Below, one piece after another: positions 43,307 through 58,380 of a stretch of DNA of 64,000 bases. The DNA is from the human T2T-CHM13v2.0 reference genome, Homo sapiens. The notes below the pieces were generated by a model that worked only from the letters and a program-made list of their open reading frames with translations, ran no database searches and was not told the origin of the DNA. The translations under genes and the position numbers were made by a program. The stretch is taken from the NCBI RefSeq assembly GCF_009914755.1, contig NC_060930.1. One strand, 5' to 3'. Position 1 is the stretch's first letter; every line of letters starts with the position of its first letter.

Positions 43307-45699
43307 CTTCCAACTCTTGGGTACTGTGAATAGTGCTGCAATAAACATGAAAGTGCAGATATATCTTTGATATACTGATTTCCTTTCTTTGGGGTATATG
43401 CTTAGCCACAGGATTGCTGGATTGTATGATACCTCTATTTTAAGTTTTTTGAGGAACCTCCAAACTGTTCTCCATAGTGGTTTTACTAATTTACATTCCT
43501 ACCAACAGTGTACAAGTTTTCCCTTTTCTCCACATCCTCACCAGCATTTGTTATTGCCTGTCTTTTGAATAAAAGCCATTTTAACTGGGGTGAAATAATA
43601 TTTCATTGTAGTATTGTTTTGCATTTCTCTGATGATCAATGATGTTGAGCACCTTTTCAACAACGTGTTTGCTATTTCTATGTCTTCTTTTGAGTAATAT
43701 CTATTCAGATCTTTTTCTCATTTTTAATTGAATTATTAGATTATTTCCTATAAAGTTGTTTGAGCTCCCAATATATTCTTATTAATTCCTTATCAGATGG
43801 ATAGTTTGCAAATATTTTCTCTCATTCTGTGGGTTGCCTCTTCACTTTGTTGTTGGTATCTTTTGCGGTGCAGAAGCTCTTAACTTGATGTGATCCCATT
43901 TGCCCACTTTTGCTTTGGTTGCCTGTGCTTGTGGGGTATTACTCAAGAAATCTTTGTCCACTCCCCAATGTTTTTATTTTAATAGTTTGATCATTTGAGG
44001 TCCCAGATTTGAGTCTAGATTTAAGAGTTTTCTCAATGTTTTCTTTTAGTAGTTTTGTGGTTTGAGGTCCTAGATTTAGGTCTTTAATCCATCTTGGTGA
44101 GAGATAGGGGTCTAGTTTCGTTCTTCTGCATATGGATATTCAGTTTTCCCAGCACTATTTATTGAAGACTGTCTTTTCACCAATGTTCTTGGCATCTTTG
44201 TTGAAAATGAGTTCACCAAAGATGTATGAATTTGTTTCTGGGCTCTCCATCTTGTTCAATTGGTCTGTGTATCTGTTTTCATTCTAGTATTACACTGTTT
44301 TGGTTACTATAGCTCTGTGGTATAATCTGAAGTCAGGTAATGTGATTCTTCCAGTTTTCTTTTTTTTTGCTCAGGATAGCTTTGGCTAATCTAGGTCTTT
44401 TGTGTTCCATATAAATTTTAGGATTCTTTTTTCTATTTCTGTGAAAAATGTAATTGGTATTTTTATAGGTATTGCATTGAATCAGTAGATTGCTTTGGCT
44501 AGTACAGACATTTTAACAATATTGATTCTTCCAGTTCATGAACATGGAATATCTATTATTTTGTGTCCTCTTCAATTTCTTTTATCAATGTTTCATAGTT
44601 TTCATTGAGAGATCTTTCACTTCTTTGGTTAAATTAATTCCTAGGTAATTAATTTTATATGCACTTATTGTAAATGGGATTACTTTCTTGATTTCTTTTT
44701 CAGATTGTTCACTGTTGGCAAATAGAAATGCTACTGATTTTTGTATGCTGATTTGGTACTACCTTGTACTCTATTGATTTGCTATCCTACAACTTTACTG
44801 AATTTGTTTGTCAATTCTAATAATTTTCTGGAGGAGTCCTTAGGCTTTTTCAAATATAATATCATATCATCTGCAAACAAGGATAATTCGATTTCTTCCT
44901 TTCCAATTTGGATGCCCTTTATTTCTTATTCTTGTTCGACTGCTGTAGCTAGGACTTCCAGTATTATGTTGAATAACAGTGGTGACAGTGGGCATCCTTG
45001 TCATGTTCCAGATATTAGAGGAAAGTTTTTCAGTTTTTCCTCATTCAGTGTGATACTAATTATGGGTCTGTCATATATGTCCTTTACTATGTTGAGGTAT
45101 GTTCCTTCTATCCCCAGTTTTTTGAGGGTTTTTATCATGAAAGGATGTTGAATTTTATCATATGCTTTTTCAGCATCAATTGAAATGTTCATATGATTTT
45201 TGTCCTTTATTCTGTTGATATGATATATCACATTGATTAATTTGTGTATGTTGAACCATCCTTGAATCTCTGGGATAAATCCTATTTGGTCATGATGAAT
45301 GATCTTTTTAATGTGTTGTTGAATTCGGTTTGCTAGTATTTTGCTGAGGATTTTTGCATCAATATTCTTCAGGGATATTGGTCTATGGTTTTCTTTCTTT
45401 CTTTTCTTTTCCTTCTTTTTTTTTTTTTCTTTTACTTTTTTGATGTGTCTTTGTCTGGTTTTGGCATCAGGGTCATACTGGCACCATAGAATGAATTAGA
45501 AAGTATTCCCTCCTCTGTTTTTTAGAATAGTTTGAGTAGGATTGGTATTTGTTCCTCTTTAAATGTTTGGTAGAATTCAGCAGGGAAGCGAAGCCATGGA
45601 ATCCTAGACTTTTGTTTGCTAACAGACTTTGTATTATGGCTTCAATCTCATTACTTGTTATTGTTCTATTCAGGTTTTGGATTGAAGAACTTCCTTTAG

Positions 45700-46090
<391 letters not shown>

Positions 46091-49039
46091 TGAAGGATAT
46101 TTTTTGCCAGATATACTACTCTAGGGTAAAAGTTTTTTTCTCTCAGCCACTCTCTCCTGGCCTGTAAGGTTTCCACTAAGAAGTCTGCTGCCAGATATAT
46201 TGGAGCTCCCTTGTATGTTATTTATTTCCTTTATCTTGCTGCTTTTAGGATCCTTTCTTTATCCTTGACCTTTGGGAGTTTGAATATTAAATGCCTTGAG
46301 ATAGTCTTCTTTGGGTTAAATCTGCTTCGTGTTCTATAATCTTCTTGTACTTGAATGTTGATATCTTTCCTTAAGTTTGGGAAGTTCTCTGTTATTATCC
46401 CTTTGAATAAACTTTCTACCCTTATCTCTTTATCTCTTCCTCTACCTTCTCTTTAAGACCAATAACTCTCAGATTTGCCCTTCTGAGGCTATTTTCTAGA
46501 TCTTGTAGGTGTGCTTCATTCTTTTTCATTCTTTTTTCTTTTGTCTCCTCTGACTGTGTATTTTCAAATAGCCTGTCTTCAAGCTCATCAATTCTTTCTT
46601 CTGCTTGATCAAGTTTGCTATTAAGAGACTTAGATGCATTCTTCAGTATGTTAATTGCATTTTTTCAACTCTAGGATTTCTGCTTGATTGTTTTAAAATT
46701 ATTTCAATCTGTTTGTTAAATTTATAATAGAATCCTGAATTTCTTCTCTGCATTATCTTGAATTTCTTTGAGTTTCCTCAAAACAGCTATTTTGACTTCT
46801 CTGTCTGAAAGGTCACACAGCTGTTTCTCCAGGATTTGTCTTGGTGCTTGTGGATGTTCATCGGAGTCTGGGCACTGAAAAGTTTGGTACTTATTGTAGT
46901 CTTTGTATTCTGGGCTTGTTTGTGTCTGTCTTTCTTGGGAAAGCTTCCCAGGTATTTGAAGGGACTTGGTCCCCAAGCCCAATAATCCCGTGGTTCTTGC
47001 AGACTCATAGAGGTACTGACTTGGTGGTCTTGGATAAGATCAAGTATTCTCTGGATTACCAGGCAAGAAACTCTTGTTCTCTTCCCTTACTTTCTCTCAG
47101 ACAGAGTCTCTCCCTCTCTCTTTCTCTTGCTCTCTCTCTCTCTGTCTCTGCTGAACTGCCTGGGTTGAGGGTGGGGAGACACAAGCACCCCTGTGGCCAC
47201 CACCACTGGGACTGTGCTTGGTCAGATCTGAAGCCAGCACAGCACTGGGTCTCACCCAAGGCCAGGTTTAACCCCTACCTGGCTACTGCCTGTGTCTGTT
47301 CAAGGCCCTAGGGTTCTATGATCAGCAGGTGGTGAAACCAGCCAGGCTTGGGTCCGACTCTTCAGGGCGGCAAATTCTCTCAGGTCCCAGGCAGGTCCAG
47401 AGATGACATCCAGCATCCAAGGTCCTTCTCACTATTGCCTCCCCTTTCCACAGGCAGGTGGCACTCTCCCTGTGGCCACCACCACCACAGTCCCATGGGG
47501 GTACTGCCAAGTTACCACCAATGTTCACTTAACAACCAAGGCATACAATCAGCTTTTGATGAATGCTGCTAGGTCTAGGACTCACCCTTCAGGGCAGTGG
47601 GTTTGCCTCTGGTCCAGGGCACGTCGGAAATGCTGTCCAAGAGCCAAGGCTTGGAATTGGGGACCCCAAGAGCCTACCTGGTGCTCTAGCCCACTGTAGT
47701 TGAGCTGATACCTGAAGCCAGCACATCTTTGAGTCTCACCCAAGGCTCACGGCTTACTACCCGGGTATTGCTGCTGGTTTTTGAGAGCCCAAGGGCTCTT
47801 TAGTCAGGAAGTGATAAATCCTGCCAGGACTGGGTCCTTCCCTTCAAGGCAGCAGGTTCCCTTCTGTCCCAGGGTGTGTCTAGACACATTGTCTGCGAGC
47901 TAGGACCTGGAATGGGGGCCTCATGACTCTGCCTGTTGCCCTATCCTTTAGTGGCTGAGCTAGTATCCAAGATACAAGACAAAATCCTCTTTTCTCTTTG
48001 CTTTCCTCTCTTAAGCAGAAGAAAGGAGTCACTTTTGTTGCTGCAAGCTGTGCTGTCTGGGGTTGCCGGAGGGGTGGAGCAAGCACTTCCTTAGCTACCC
48101 TGACTGGTGTTCCAGGTCCACTGGCTCTATGTCCAGCACAGCACTAGTACTTGCCTAGGAATTGCAGTTCTTGTGGCCTAGACTGCGTTTCAAGTTTATT
48201 TAGGACCTCAGAGCATTTTAGCCCTTGACGCTTGCCAAAGTCAAGTTCTGACTGCTGGGATGGGTGATTTCCCTCTGGCTAGGGCTGGTCTAGACTCTCC
48301 CTTCATAGGCAGGTATCAACAGAGTTTAAACTGGTTTTGCTTTCCACTGTGACAGGGCAGCACTGAGTTCACAGCAGGGTCCCACAATCACTGTGCTCTC
48401 CCTCCTTCAGGCGCACAGATTCTCTCTCCATGCCATGCAGTCCTGCCAGGGGATGGGGAAAGGGTGGTGTGAGCAATTCAAGACTGTCCTTCCTACCCTC
48501 TTCAGTGCCTCTTTCAGCAATTTAAAGTTAAAACCAGGTTCTGTGGTTGCCACCTGATTTTTGTGTGTAGATATTTGTTAAATTGGTGCTTTTTGTGTGT
48601 AGATAGTTGTTAAATTGGCATTCCTGTAGGGTGGACAAAGGCTTCTATTTGACCATGTGGTTCAGCCCTCTTCCTTGATTACTGCAGTTCTATATGATGT
48701 TTTGAAGTCGAAAATTTTGTTTTTGTTTTATCTTTTTGCTTTTTAAATCATAGCCACCACTTGGTATGGCTTTTCTATTTCCTTTCTTGCTGTGAGCTCC
48801 CATACCTGGTTGCTATTAGGGTAGCCAATTATACAATTCTCTCTTCTTTTTAAAACCAGCTCATCTTAATTATATGCTTTGGTCTGGAAACCAAAAAACA
48901 ATGTTTTATGTTGATACAATGTCCCCACCATGTATAGGCTACCAGCACAGACAGAGGATAGAAATAACAGCCCCTGATAGTTTTGGAATGGAGAATATGC
49001 TATCTCACTTACTCCCATGTTGACATAGAAAGTTCATAA

Positions 49040-50060
49040 TAAAGGAAGTGATTGTCTTACTTTATTCTCTGGTCATACCTCACCGGGGGTACTGAATTTT
49101 TATCTGGACATCATTATATGAGTTTTTCTAGTAAACACAACTTGCTCTCCCTCTGGGACATGAATTTTATCCCCATGTAAAGCTCTGTGCTGCTGATAAA
49201 GTTGTCTTTACTCCTTGCTTCTGACCAATCAGGATATTGCACTCCTTTGCTGACAGTGATTGGTCCAGGAGAAAGCATGTGACACATTCGGAGCTACTGA
49301 GATGCAGTGAGACTTTTTCTGGGATTTCTGAGAGATTCCCATTCTTCTGTACTAGACTTGAGGTTGTAAGAAGGTAAGCCTGGACCTCTTTAACCATCTT
49401 GCTATGCTGAATGAAATGCCTGCCTAGATATAGACCCTTCTTAGGAGAAAACAGAGCTGAGAGAGAAAAGAGACAATGAATCTTGATTCTGGGGGTCTTC
49501 TGTGAGCCCCTGTATCAAATCATGCCTTCAATGAATCTTACTCTGGAGATTTAAACCGTGCAAGCTAGCTTAAACTAGGTTTTCTGTCACATGCAACCAA
49601 AATAGTTTTAATTGATTCACACGGTTTAAGAGAGATACTGATAAATTAGAACAAGCCCAGAAAAGAATGGCCAGGGGGTGAGTGTGATCAGAATTGTGTC
49701 AGAGGGGGGAAATTGAAGGCTGTTTGGCTTGACGGAAGGAGGTCTAGTGTGTATGTGTCCCAAGAGACAAAGAATGTTAATGATGCGGGGGTGGATACTA
49801 AACATAGAGTTATTTTCCAATATGTAAGAGGGTTTCAGTGTAGAGAGTGATTAGATTTGTTCCATTGGGCTCCAGGGAGATAAATTGGAATTAATAATAG
49901 GAAGATCCTGAAAACAGATTTCAACTAAGTCTTAAAATTTTAACAGTTTAACGTTTCCTAAAATGGAATAAATTGCACTAATAATACGTCTGCTCTGTCT
50001 AGAAGGGTTTTAAGTGACTTATCAGAGATATTGCAGAGTGGATTCAAGCAACTCGATGGA
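49040..50060 (+). mobile_element. L3/CR1 3' region, interrupted by an MLT1 LTR (~49190-49620)
   Basis: ctggtcatacctcacc.ggggtactg; aattagaacaagcccagaaaagaatggccagg; cagatttcaact; MLT1 motifs gtgattggtccagg...gtcacatgcaaccaaaa. Confidence 0.55.
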
Positions 50061-50272
50061 TGATGCTTTTGGAACTTCAATTATTTGAATATGAACTTCA
50101 CAATTTTTTGCCATATGATAAAGACACAAGTTGTACCACTTTTGGTTTAATATTTTCTTTGCATCAGCTCCCTTTTATGTCGAAGTAAGTTTATTTTAAG
50201 ATGAAACTTTAAATCACTACTGTAAATGAAAAACAAGTACCAATGACCAAAAATAAATAAAATAAAACAATG

Positions 50273-50626
<354 letters not shown>

Positions 50627-50826
50627 TTAAATGAGAACTTAATAGTTGAAGCTATGATAACACACTGATCATTTCTCTTTCTCTGTTCCAATGGATTGAA
50701 AGACAATTGAATGGGAAATGATCTCACTAAGCAATTCAACGTTTGTAATATCATGCCTATGTGCTGCCTGAAATCATCAATCTATTCACACATTCTGAAA
50801 GCCCACAATATGGGTGTGATTCACAC

Positions 50827-51005
50827 CAGCGCTTCCTAATCTTTTCACAACTTGTCACACAGAACTATATTTGTTGGCACACTGGGGTAAACTAAGGCAG
50901 CTGCTCATCATGTGAGTTAACTGGCCTAAGGGAGTTAACTCTAGCCCAGGCAGCACCCCCACCCCACCTGTGGCAGAGGAGATGGATATATTGTCACACT
51001 GGTAA
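50827..51005. mobile_element. MER112-like hAT-Charlie fragment
   Basis: cagcgcttcctaatcttttcac...ggcacactggggtaaac. Confidence 0.5.
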
Positions 51006-51334
51006 ATGTCCCAATTAATGTTCCATTAAGAGTTCTTTCTATGAGTCTATAGTTCTATACTATTAACTCTTTTAAGTTTCTGCTTCAAACACTTTCTTTG
51101 AAGTAATTTCTTTTTGAATATATGTCTGAGAGCTCACAGGCTGGCTAAAGACCATCTCTGCACCTTCTGGAAAATTCTCTTGGTATCTCCCTTTGCACAT
51201 ACAACAGAGGAGCAGCCCTGAAATCAAGTTGCTACGCTACAACAGAAAAACAAATCCCCCTTGCTCCCTGACCACCAAATGAAACCAAAGACAGCTTCTT
51301 GGATTTATGCTACCCTTTTCTCTAAATGACACAC

Positions 51335-51350
51335 TGGAAAATCTGACTCA
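51335..51350 (+). promoter_or_regulatory. Candidate NFAT:AP-1 composite element
   Basis: TGGAAAATCTGACTCA has the same GGAAAA-NN-TGA spacing as IL2 ARRE-2, with a consensus AP-1 site. Confidence 0.4.
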
Positions 51351-52079
51351 GTAAATAAGTGAGTGTGTGTTTAAAGAAGCCCTCCTCACAATCCTTCTAA
51401 TCTTATATGTAGAAATGCACTTTAATTCTGAAAACAACTGGTTCATTCTAAACCAAAGAGACAATCAGGTAGAGCAAAATTGTGTTTAAGAGCAGTAGCT
51501 GGGGCTACCTTATTTGGAAGAATTTGGAGTGTTGTTTGGGCTGTCTGCAGCTCTTTGGAGAACATCTGATACCAATTTACAGATTCCATGATTCATTAAA
51601 GGATTTTGGTTTGTTCCTATTCCTTTAGTCCTCTGTAGTTATCCTAAAGATTTCCCCACAAACAGATTTCAGTATTTTCCTGAATGGAGACGTTATTTCT
51701 CTGAGTTTATTTGTGTGTGTATGTGTTCTGCGTAGTCTTTTTTTTTTTTTTTTCTAGTTGTGGTGATTTATGTTACTGGTATGAGTCTTTCAAGTTCCTT
51801 TCTTGGGTGGGAGATCATTTTTGGCTTCAAACTAGAATGTCCCAGAATAACTGCTGGTTAAAAGACTCTTTTTGTGTTGCAATTTTAAGGAAGTCTCATG
51901 GTTGAAGCTGAGATCTATCTATAGACACCAAATAGAGTAGGAATATTTATATCCCTGATTTCTGCTCAAGGATTCCCATTATTTCAAAACACATTTAGCC
52001 CAATTCTCCACTCAAGCCTGGAAGAAGCAAAGCGGTGGGTGGCATCTAACGACATTACAGTAAGAGGCAGGATCGTAAT

Positions 52080-52335
52080 TCTCAGTACATTTCAATCTCC
52101 TGGGGACCTTGTGTTAAAATGCAGATCCTGATTCAGAAGGTTGAGAACTGGGCCTGAGAAGTTTTTTTTCTAATGGATTCCCAGGTGACGCTGGTACTGC
52201 TGGTCCATATAGTATTTCCCAAATTTGCCTGAAGCTGATTCACCTGGGGTGGTTGTTATATAGGCAGACTACCAAATCATTCCCTTAGGAATTCTGATTC
52301 AGAAGCCTGAGCTGAGGTTCTTAATAACCCTTCCT
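52080..52335. mobile_element. MER5-family fragments
   Basis: ttaaaatgcagatcctgattcag...gggcctgaga...cccaggtgacgctg. Confidence 0.65.
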
Positions 52336-52469
52336 TCCAAGAGCTCCTCCATCCTCTGGTTCCAAGCTAGTACTTCAACGGATTTTATGGTACTCCTCTG
52401 CTACTCCAGGCAGTTTCCTCCTCTGTTCTCCTACCTCCCACTCCTCTCCTTTTCTTCCTTCCTTTTTTT

Positions 52470-53170
52470 CCTTGCTCAATATTTGTTGGGCATCTCCTGC
52501 GTTAAACGCTGGGACAGTTCTGAATAAAAGCGCTAGTCCCTGCCCTTGTCTAGTAGGGGAAACAGACAATAGTCAAGTAAATAGGCAGATAAACAGGAGA
52601 ATTACAGTTTGTGACGTTGCTGGTAATTAGCGACTATTTGGGGCTGGAGGCATGGCAATAAGAAGAATTTACCAAGACAGTTGTAGGTAAAGAAAAGCAA
52701 ATTTATTAGAGAAAGCACAAAAATCTGTTGCAAGGGTGCAATGGGCAGGTCAGCAAAAAGGAATTGACTGCAAAGAGACAAAGGCTTGCCGGGGATTTTA
52801 TAGAATGGTGTTTGTGCTGTGTGCTGAAGACGGCTTTGTGCAGTATCGATAATGCCAAGGTTGCAGTGAGCTAACTTGACTTCTTCTATCACCCAAGGGT
52901 CGCTAGGTGCAAGAAGATTGTGAATTATTTGCACAGGAGGGCTATGTGTCCTGCACATGAAGAAAGGCAGGCTTATAGCTTATCTGCCTTCTCCTTTTGC
53001 TTTCCCTAGGTCCTGCCAGCCCAACTCCCCCTCCCTAATTAGGACTCCACATGTGATACATGTTAAGAAGGAAATAAATACAGCGATGTGCTGGAGAGGG
53101 ATGGGGAGGAGGTTTGAAACTAAACCAGCGTCATCAAGAGAGCTCTTCCAGGAAGACAGTTAAACTGAAA
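52470..53170 (-). mobile_element. L2 fragment split by an LTR
   Basis: caatatttgttgggcatctcc...tctagtagggga.acagacaat | ...tgttaagaaggaaataaa. Confidence 0.6.
52615..53051 (-). mobile_element. ERV1-class solo LTR
   Basis: Minus-strand start tgtggagtcctaattaggg, tataaaa and aataaa; TSD TGTGA at 52610-52614 and 53052-53056. Confidence 0.8.
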
Positions 53171-53469
53171 TTCATATCCAATACTCCAGCCTAAGCCACA
53201 CTACTTGTTGAATGTGCCCTGTGTTTGGGAGACCTACTGCCTTCATTCATGCTGTTTCTTTCACCATGAGTGGCTTCTCACTGATTCAATTTGCAATTAT
53301 TTAAAGACCAACCTAAATGCCATCACTTTCACCCAGGTTTCCCAGCATATGTGAAATCTCTCCCCACTGAGCTCCCAAAGCACCTGCTATACTTCCATTC
53401 CTGTCTAGATCATTCTGCCTTAAACTGCAGTTGCCTTGTGATGTGGGTGCATTTTGTGAGCACACACTG

Positions 53470-53625
53470 TTTACCCACATTATCTCAAACTATTCAATAA
53501 CACTGGTAGGTTATATTATTATCTACATATCATAGATAAAGAAACTGAAATTTGGGGAAGCTAAGTAACTTGCCTGGAACTACAGAATAAAGTGACGGAG
53601 CCTAGATTCAAGCGATGACCTCCCA
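53470..53625 (-). mobile_element. MIR
   Basis: catagataaagaaactgaaa...aagtaacttgcc. Confidence 0.7.
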
Positions 53626-53794
53626 GTTGATCTGTTTTATCTCCCGTAGTAGGCCTTAAGCAACATGGAGGAAGTATTATATCTTTGTATCCTTAAATTA
53701 AAAAAAAAAAAATCAAGTTGCAGAAGAGCGCTTGCATTTGTGTATCATAATGGAGAAAAGAACAAAAGAAGAAAACAGAATTCCCCTCCCATCT

Positions 53795-54221
53795 TGCATA
53801 AGTTTCCCAGGGCTGCTGTAACAAAGTACTCCCGACCGAGTGGCTTAAACACCAGAAATGTATTGTCTTGCAGTTCTGGAGGCTTCAAGTGTGAAATCAA
53901 GATGTCAGCTGCTCCATGCTCCCTCTGAGGACACTGGAGAGGTATCTGTTCCAGGTATCTCCTGGTTTCTTGTAGTTCCTTGGTTTGTGGCAGCATAATG
54001 CCAGTCTTCATGTGGCAATTTCTATGTGTGAATCTCTGTGTTCATATCTCCCGTTTTTATAAATACATCAGCCATATTGGCTTAGAGGCCCACCCTACTG
54101 ACTTTATCTTAACTAATCACATATGCAACAACCCCATTTCCAAATAAGGTCACATTCTGAGGCGCTGGGCATTAGGACTTCAGCATATGGACTTTGAGAA
54201 AACACAATTCAGTCTCTAACA
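53795..54221 (-). mobile_element. MLT1B/C MaLR LTR
   Basis: agggctgctgtaacaaagtac...cagttctggaggc...ccaaataaggtcacattctgagg...acacaattcagtctctaaca. Confidence 0.88.
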
Positions 54222-55619
54222 TTCTACTGTGTAGCTTCTATCACAATGCTGATCCCTAAACCAGGGAACCTGATGTAGTTTTCCTATTTGCCTTATCCTA
54301 AAGGCAACACTGCAGAGGGGTTAAATGATCAATTTAGACAAGTTCAGGAGCTCAGTTCAAAATAATGGTCTCCACAATTTTTGTTTAACAAAAATGAATA
54401 CACAAGTTCTGTATATCCATACAAGGAAATATTACAAAGTGAGTACACTTTTACATATAATTTATTGAGTTTTTATTATGTACCAAGCATTGTGCCAAAT
54501 GTTTTAAACATGTAATCACAACAACTCAATGAGGTAGGAATAACTAGCCTTATTATACAGGTGGTGAAGCTGAGTTTTGGAGTTCAGTAACACATACAGG
54601 GTTACCAAAATTGAAGCTGGTTTCTGTCTTCAGTAGATTCAGTCAATCATGAAAGCAAAAGAGGTCACCTGCACAACATGAAAAGCTTGGTTTGCTTTAA
54701 GCTGTCATAACCTGTAATTCTGTCTGTCCCTCACTAAAGAGTCAGGCCATTACTGTGTATAATATTACAATACCTACATATTAATTTGATAATACTTAAA
54801 AGACTTTACAAAAATTATTTCAAAATGGGATAAGCTTGGTAAGTTTCACTAAGTTTTTGCAGTAAAAAAATGAAATACTATCATCAATAAATGTTGCTAT
54901 CAAGAAGGAGGAAGGGCTAATAATTTAAGAAGGCCTAAATGAGAATAGGCTCAGACACAGTATTTCATAATGCAAAATATGTTAGAATGTTGCAAAGTCA
55001 AAAATTTAAATATAAAGTTCAACCAACCACAAGGCACAGGTCACATGAATATTAAGAGTATTGAATTGGCTGAGCATGGCTTTTGCTTAATAGATTGCAA
55101 AATTCCTGGGGACAGGGATTCTCCCATCTGAGATACTCCCATCTGACTCATCTTTGTATCCCTAACAATGTCCAGGACATTGCATATAACAGGTTTTAAC
55201 ACATTAAATTAAATAATTTTTTTAAAAAGTGGCTTATCTTTCTTGACAGAGACAAGCAGCATTTAAAGTTAAAAGAAAGATGGGTAATGTTTTATCATGT
55301 GTCAGAAATTGTTTGAAGTTCAATCAGAGAATGAGACAGATTCTATTATCTCCATTTTAGAGATAACAGAACAGAAAGATTAAATAGCTCTCACAACTGG
55401 AAAGTGGTAGCAGTAGGAATCCACACCTGTGTTGTTGACATTTACAGTTCACATTCTCAACCATTGCACTATAGTGGCAGATAACATGACCAGCAAACAG
55501 CCAGAGCTTTGTTTTCTAAGAAATTCGTCAACTGAGATGTTTACTAGCATCAGCCTATCATCAGTAGTGTATAGGATGTTTACTATCATCAGGAGTGTAC
55601 AACTCCTGTTAGAATTCAA

Positions 55620-55860
55620 GAAATACAGTGTAGGGATTAAACACTCTTATTTTTGCCATTACTCTAGACCTAAGTTTAAACTCTGATTTTGACACAGCTT
55701 GGCTGTGTAACCTTGTATGTGTTATTAAACTTCTACAAAACTCAGCCTCACCACCTGTGTAATAAGGTTAGTTATTTCTACCTCACTGAGTTGTTTGATT
55801 ACCTGTTTAAAGCATTTGGCAGAATGCTTGGTACATAATAAAAACTCAGTAAATTATATG
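55620..55860 (+). mobile_element. MIR (other MIR pieces at ~54455-54630 and ~55270-55475, minus strand)
   Basis: ggctgtgtaaccttg...ctcagcctcaccacctgt...aaagcatttggcagaatgcttggtacataata. Confidence 0.7.
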
Positions 55861-55928
55861 TAAAAAGTATACTTATTTTGTGATTAATATTTCATTGTAT
55901 GGATATACACAATTTCTTTATTCACTTT

Positions 55929-56332
55929 TGTTAAACGAAAATTGTGGAGGCCATTAATTTGGACTGAGCTCCTGAACTAGACTCCAACAGACCAGATCAA
56001 ACCAAAATGGAGTCACTCATACTAAATGCTACATAATCAAGTTGAAACTTAAAGGAAGCAGATAGATCCCAAAACAAACCAGTTTTCCTGAAAACAGGAG
56101 ATTCCAGTCTAGCTGAGCCAGCATAATAAGGAAGTCCCCTCTGCTTTAATCCTTACCAAAAAAACGATTTTTTTTTTCTTTTCTGTTTTCTTGCTCTCAC
56201 CTTGCAACCCCCACTGTTGCTCAGTGGAGCTCTCATTCTATTTCGTAGAATGAAGGTTACCCTGATTCGTAAGTCAAGAATAAAAGCCAATTAGATCTAT
56301 AGCTAAATGTGTTATAATGTTGTCTTTTGACA
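55929..56332 (+). mobile_element. ERV1-class (MER4-group) solo LTR inside an old L1
   Basis: tgttaaa...ggaggccatt...ggactgagctcctg...aaaatggagtcactcat...aataaaagccaatt...ttttgaca. Confidence 0.8.
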
Positions 56333-56847
56333 CTGTTGATGTATGTTTGGATTGTTTCTAGATTTTGACTATTACTCATAAAGCTACTATGAACATCCTT
56401 GTTCAAGTTTGTACAGATGTATGCCTTAATTTTTCTTGGATAGATACCTAGTGTGGCATGGGAGATATATGTTTAGTTTTTAAGAAACTGACAAAGTGGT
56501 TTCCAAAGTGGATGTACTGTTGTACATTCTCACTGGCAGTGTATGAAGTTTCCAATTCTTCTACATCCATGTCAACACTTGGTGTGGTGAGTTTTATTTA
56601 TTTATTTACTCACTTATTTACAGAAATTTTTATTGTGAATTAAAACACTCCTAAAATTTATTATCTTAACCATTTTTAAGGGTACTGTCCAATAGCGTTA
56701 AGTATACTCACGTTGTTGTGAAACACATCTCTAGAACTTCCTCATCTTGCAAATCTGAACCTCTCTATATATTAAATAACAGCTTCCACTTTGTTCCCTC
56801 TCCCCAGCCCCTGGCAACTATCATTCTTTCTGTCTGTAAGAATTTGA

Positions 56848-57161
<314 letters not shown>

Positions 57162-57959
57162 TGAATTTGAATATTTCAGATACTTCATGTAAGTGGAATC
57201 ATGCAGTATTTGTTCTTTTGTGACTGGCTTATATAACTTAGCATAATATCCTCAAGGTTCATTCATGTTGTAGCATGTGTCAGAATTTCCTTCTTTATTA
57301 AGGTGGCATCATATTCCATTGTATGTATATTCCACATTTTGTTTATTCATTCATGTGTCAATGGACATTTGGGTTCTTTCAACCTTTTGGCTTGAAGAAC
57401 CTGATGTAATGGTCATACTCATTATTGAATATGATGAATAATGATGCTATGAACCTGGATGTGTAAATGTCTTTGAGATTCTGCTTTCAGTTCTTTTGGA
57501 TATATACACAGAAGTGGGTTTGCTGCATCACACAATGGTTCTATTTTTATTTGTTTTAGTAACAACTATACTGTTTTCCAAAGCACCATTTTACAACCAT
57601 AGTAACCATGCACAGGGGTTTCACCTTCTCCACATCTCTGCCAACACCTGTTATTTTCTGTTTTTTTTTTTTATAGTAGCCGTCCTAAAGAGTGTGAGAT
57701 GATATTGCGTTGTGTTTTAATTTGTATTTCTCTGATAATTATTGATATTAACCATCTTTTCATATGCTTATTGGACATTTGTATATGATCTTTGGAGAAA
57801 TTTTACCTGTTTGTTAATTGGGTTATTTGATTTTTTTGTTGTTGTTACATTGTAGGAGATCTTTATATATTCTGGATATTAACACCTTATCAGACATATA
57901 TGCTTTGCAAATATTTTCTCGCATTCCATAGGTTGCCTTTTCCTTCTGTTAATTGTGTG

Positions 57960-57972
<13 letters not shown>

Positions 57973-57990
<18 letters not shown>

Positions 57991-58138
57991 TTGACCAGAT
58001 TCTCACTGTGTTTCCCAGGCTGGAGTGCAGTGGCACAATCATGGCTCACTGCAATCTCAAACTTCTGGGCTCATGAGATCCTCTTGCCTCAGCATACCAA
58101 AATTCTGGGATTACAGGAATGAGCCACTGTGCCCAGCC
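57973..58138 (-). mobile_element. Alu monomer (FLAM/FRAM-like) next to (TG)n
   Basis: T tract plus a single arm. Confidence 0.85.
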
Positions 58139-58380
58139 TTGATTGTGTCTTCTAATGAACAAAAATCTTTAAGCCTGATGTATCCCTATTTGTTTTCCTT
58201 TTGTTGTGTGTGCTTTGGGTGTTAAAATGATTTCATATCAAAGAAATCATTACCAACTCCAATGTCATAAAAATTTTCCCTGTGTTTTCTCCTAGGAGCT
58301 TTATAGGTTTAGGTATTACATTTAGGTCTTTAATCCATTTTGAGTTAATTTTTGTATATGGTATAAGATAAAAGTCCAAC

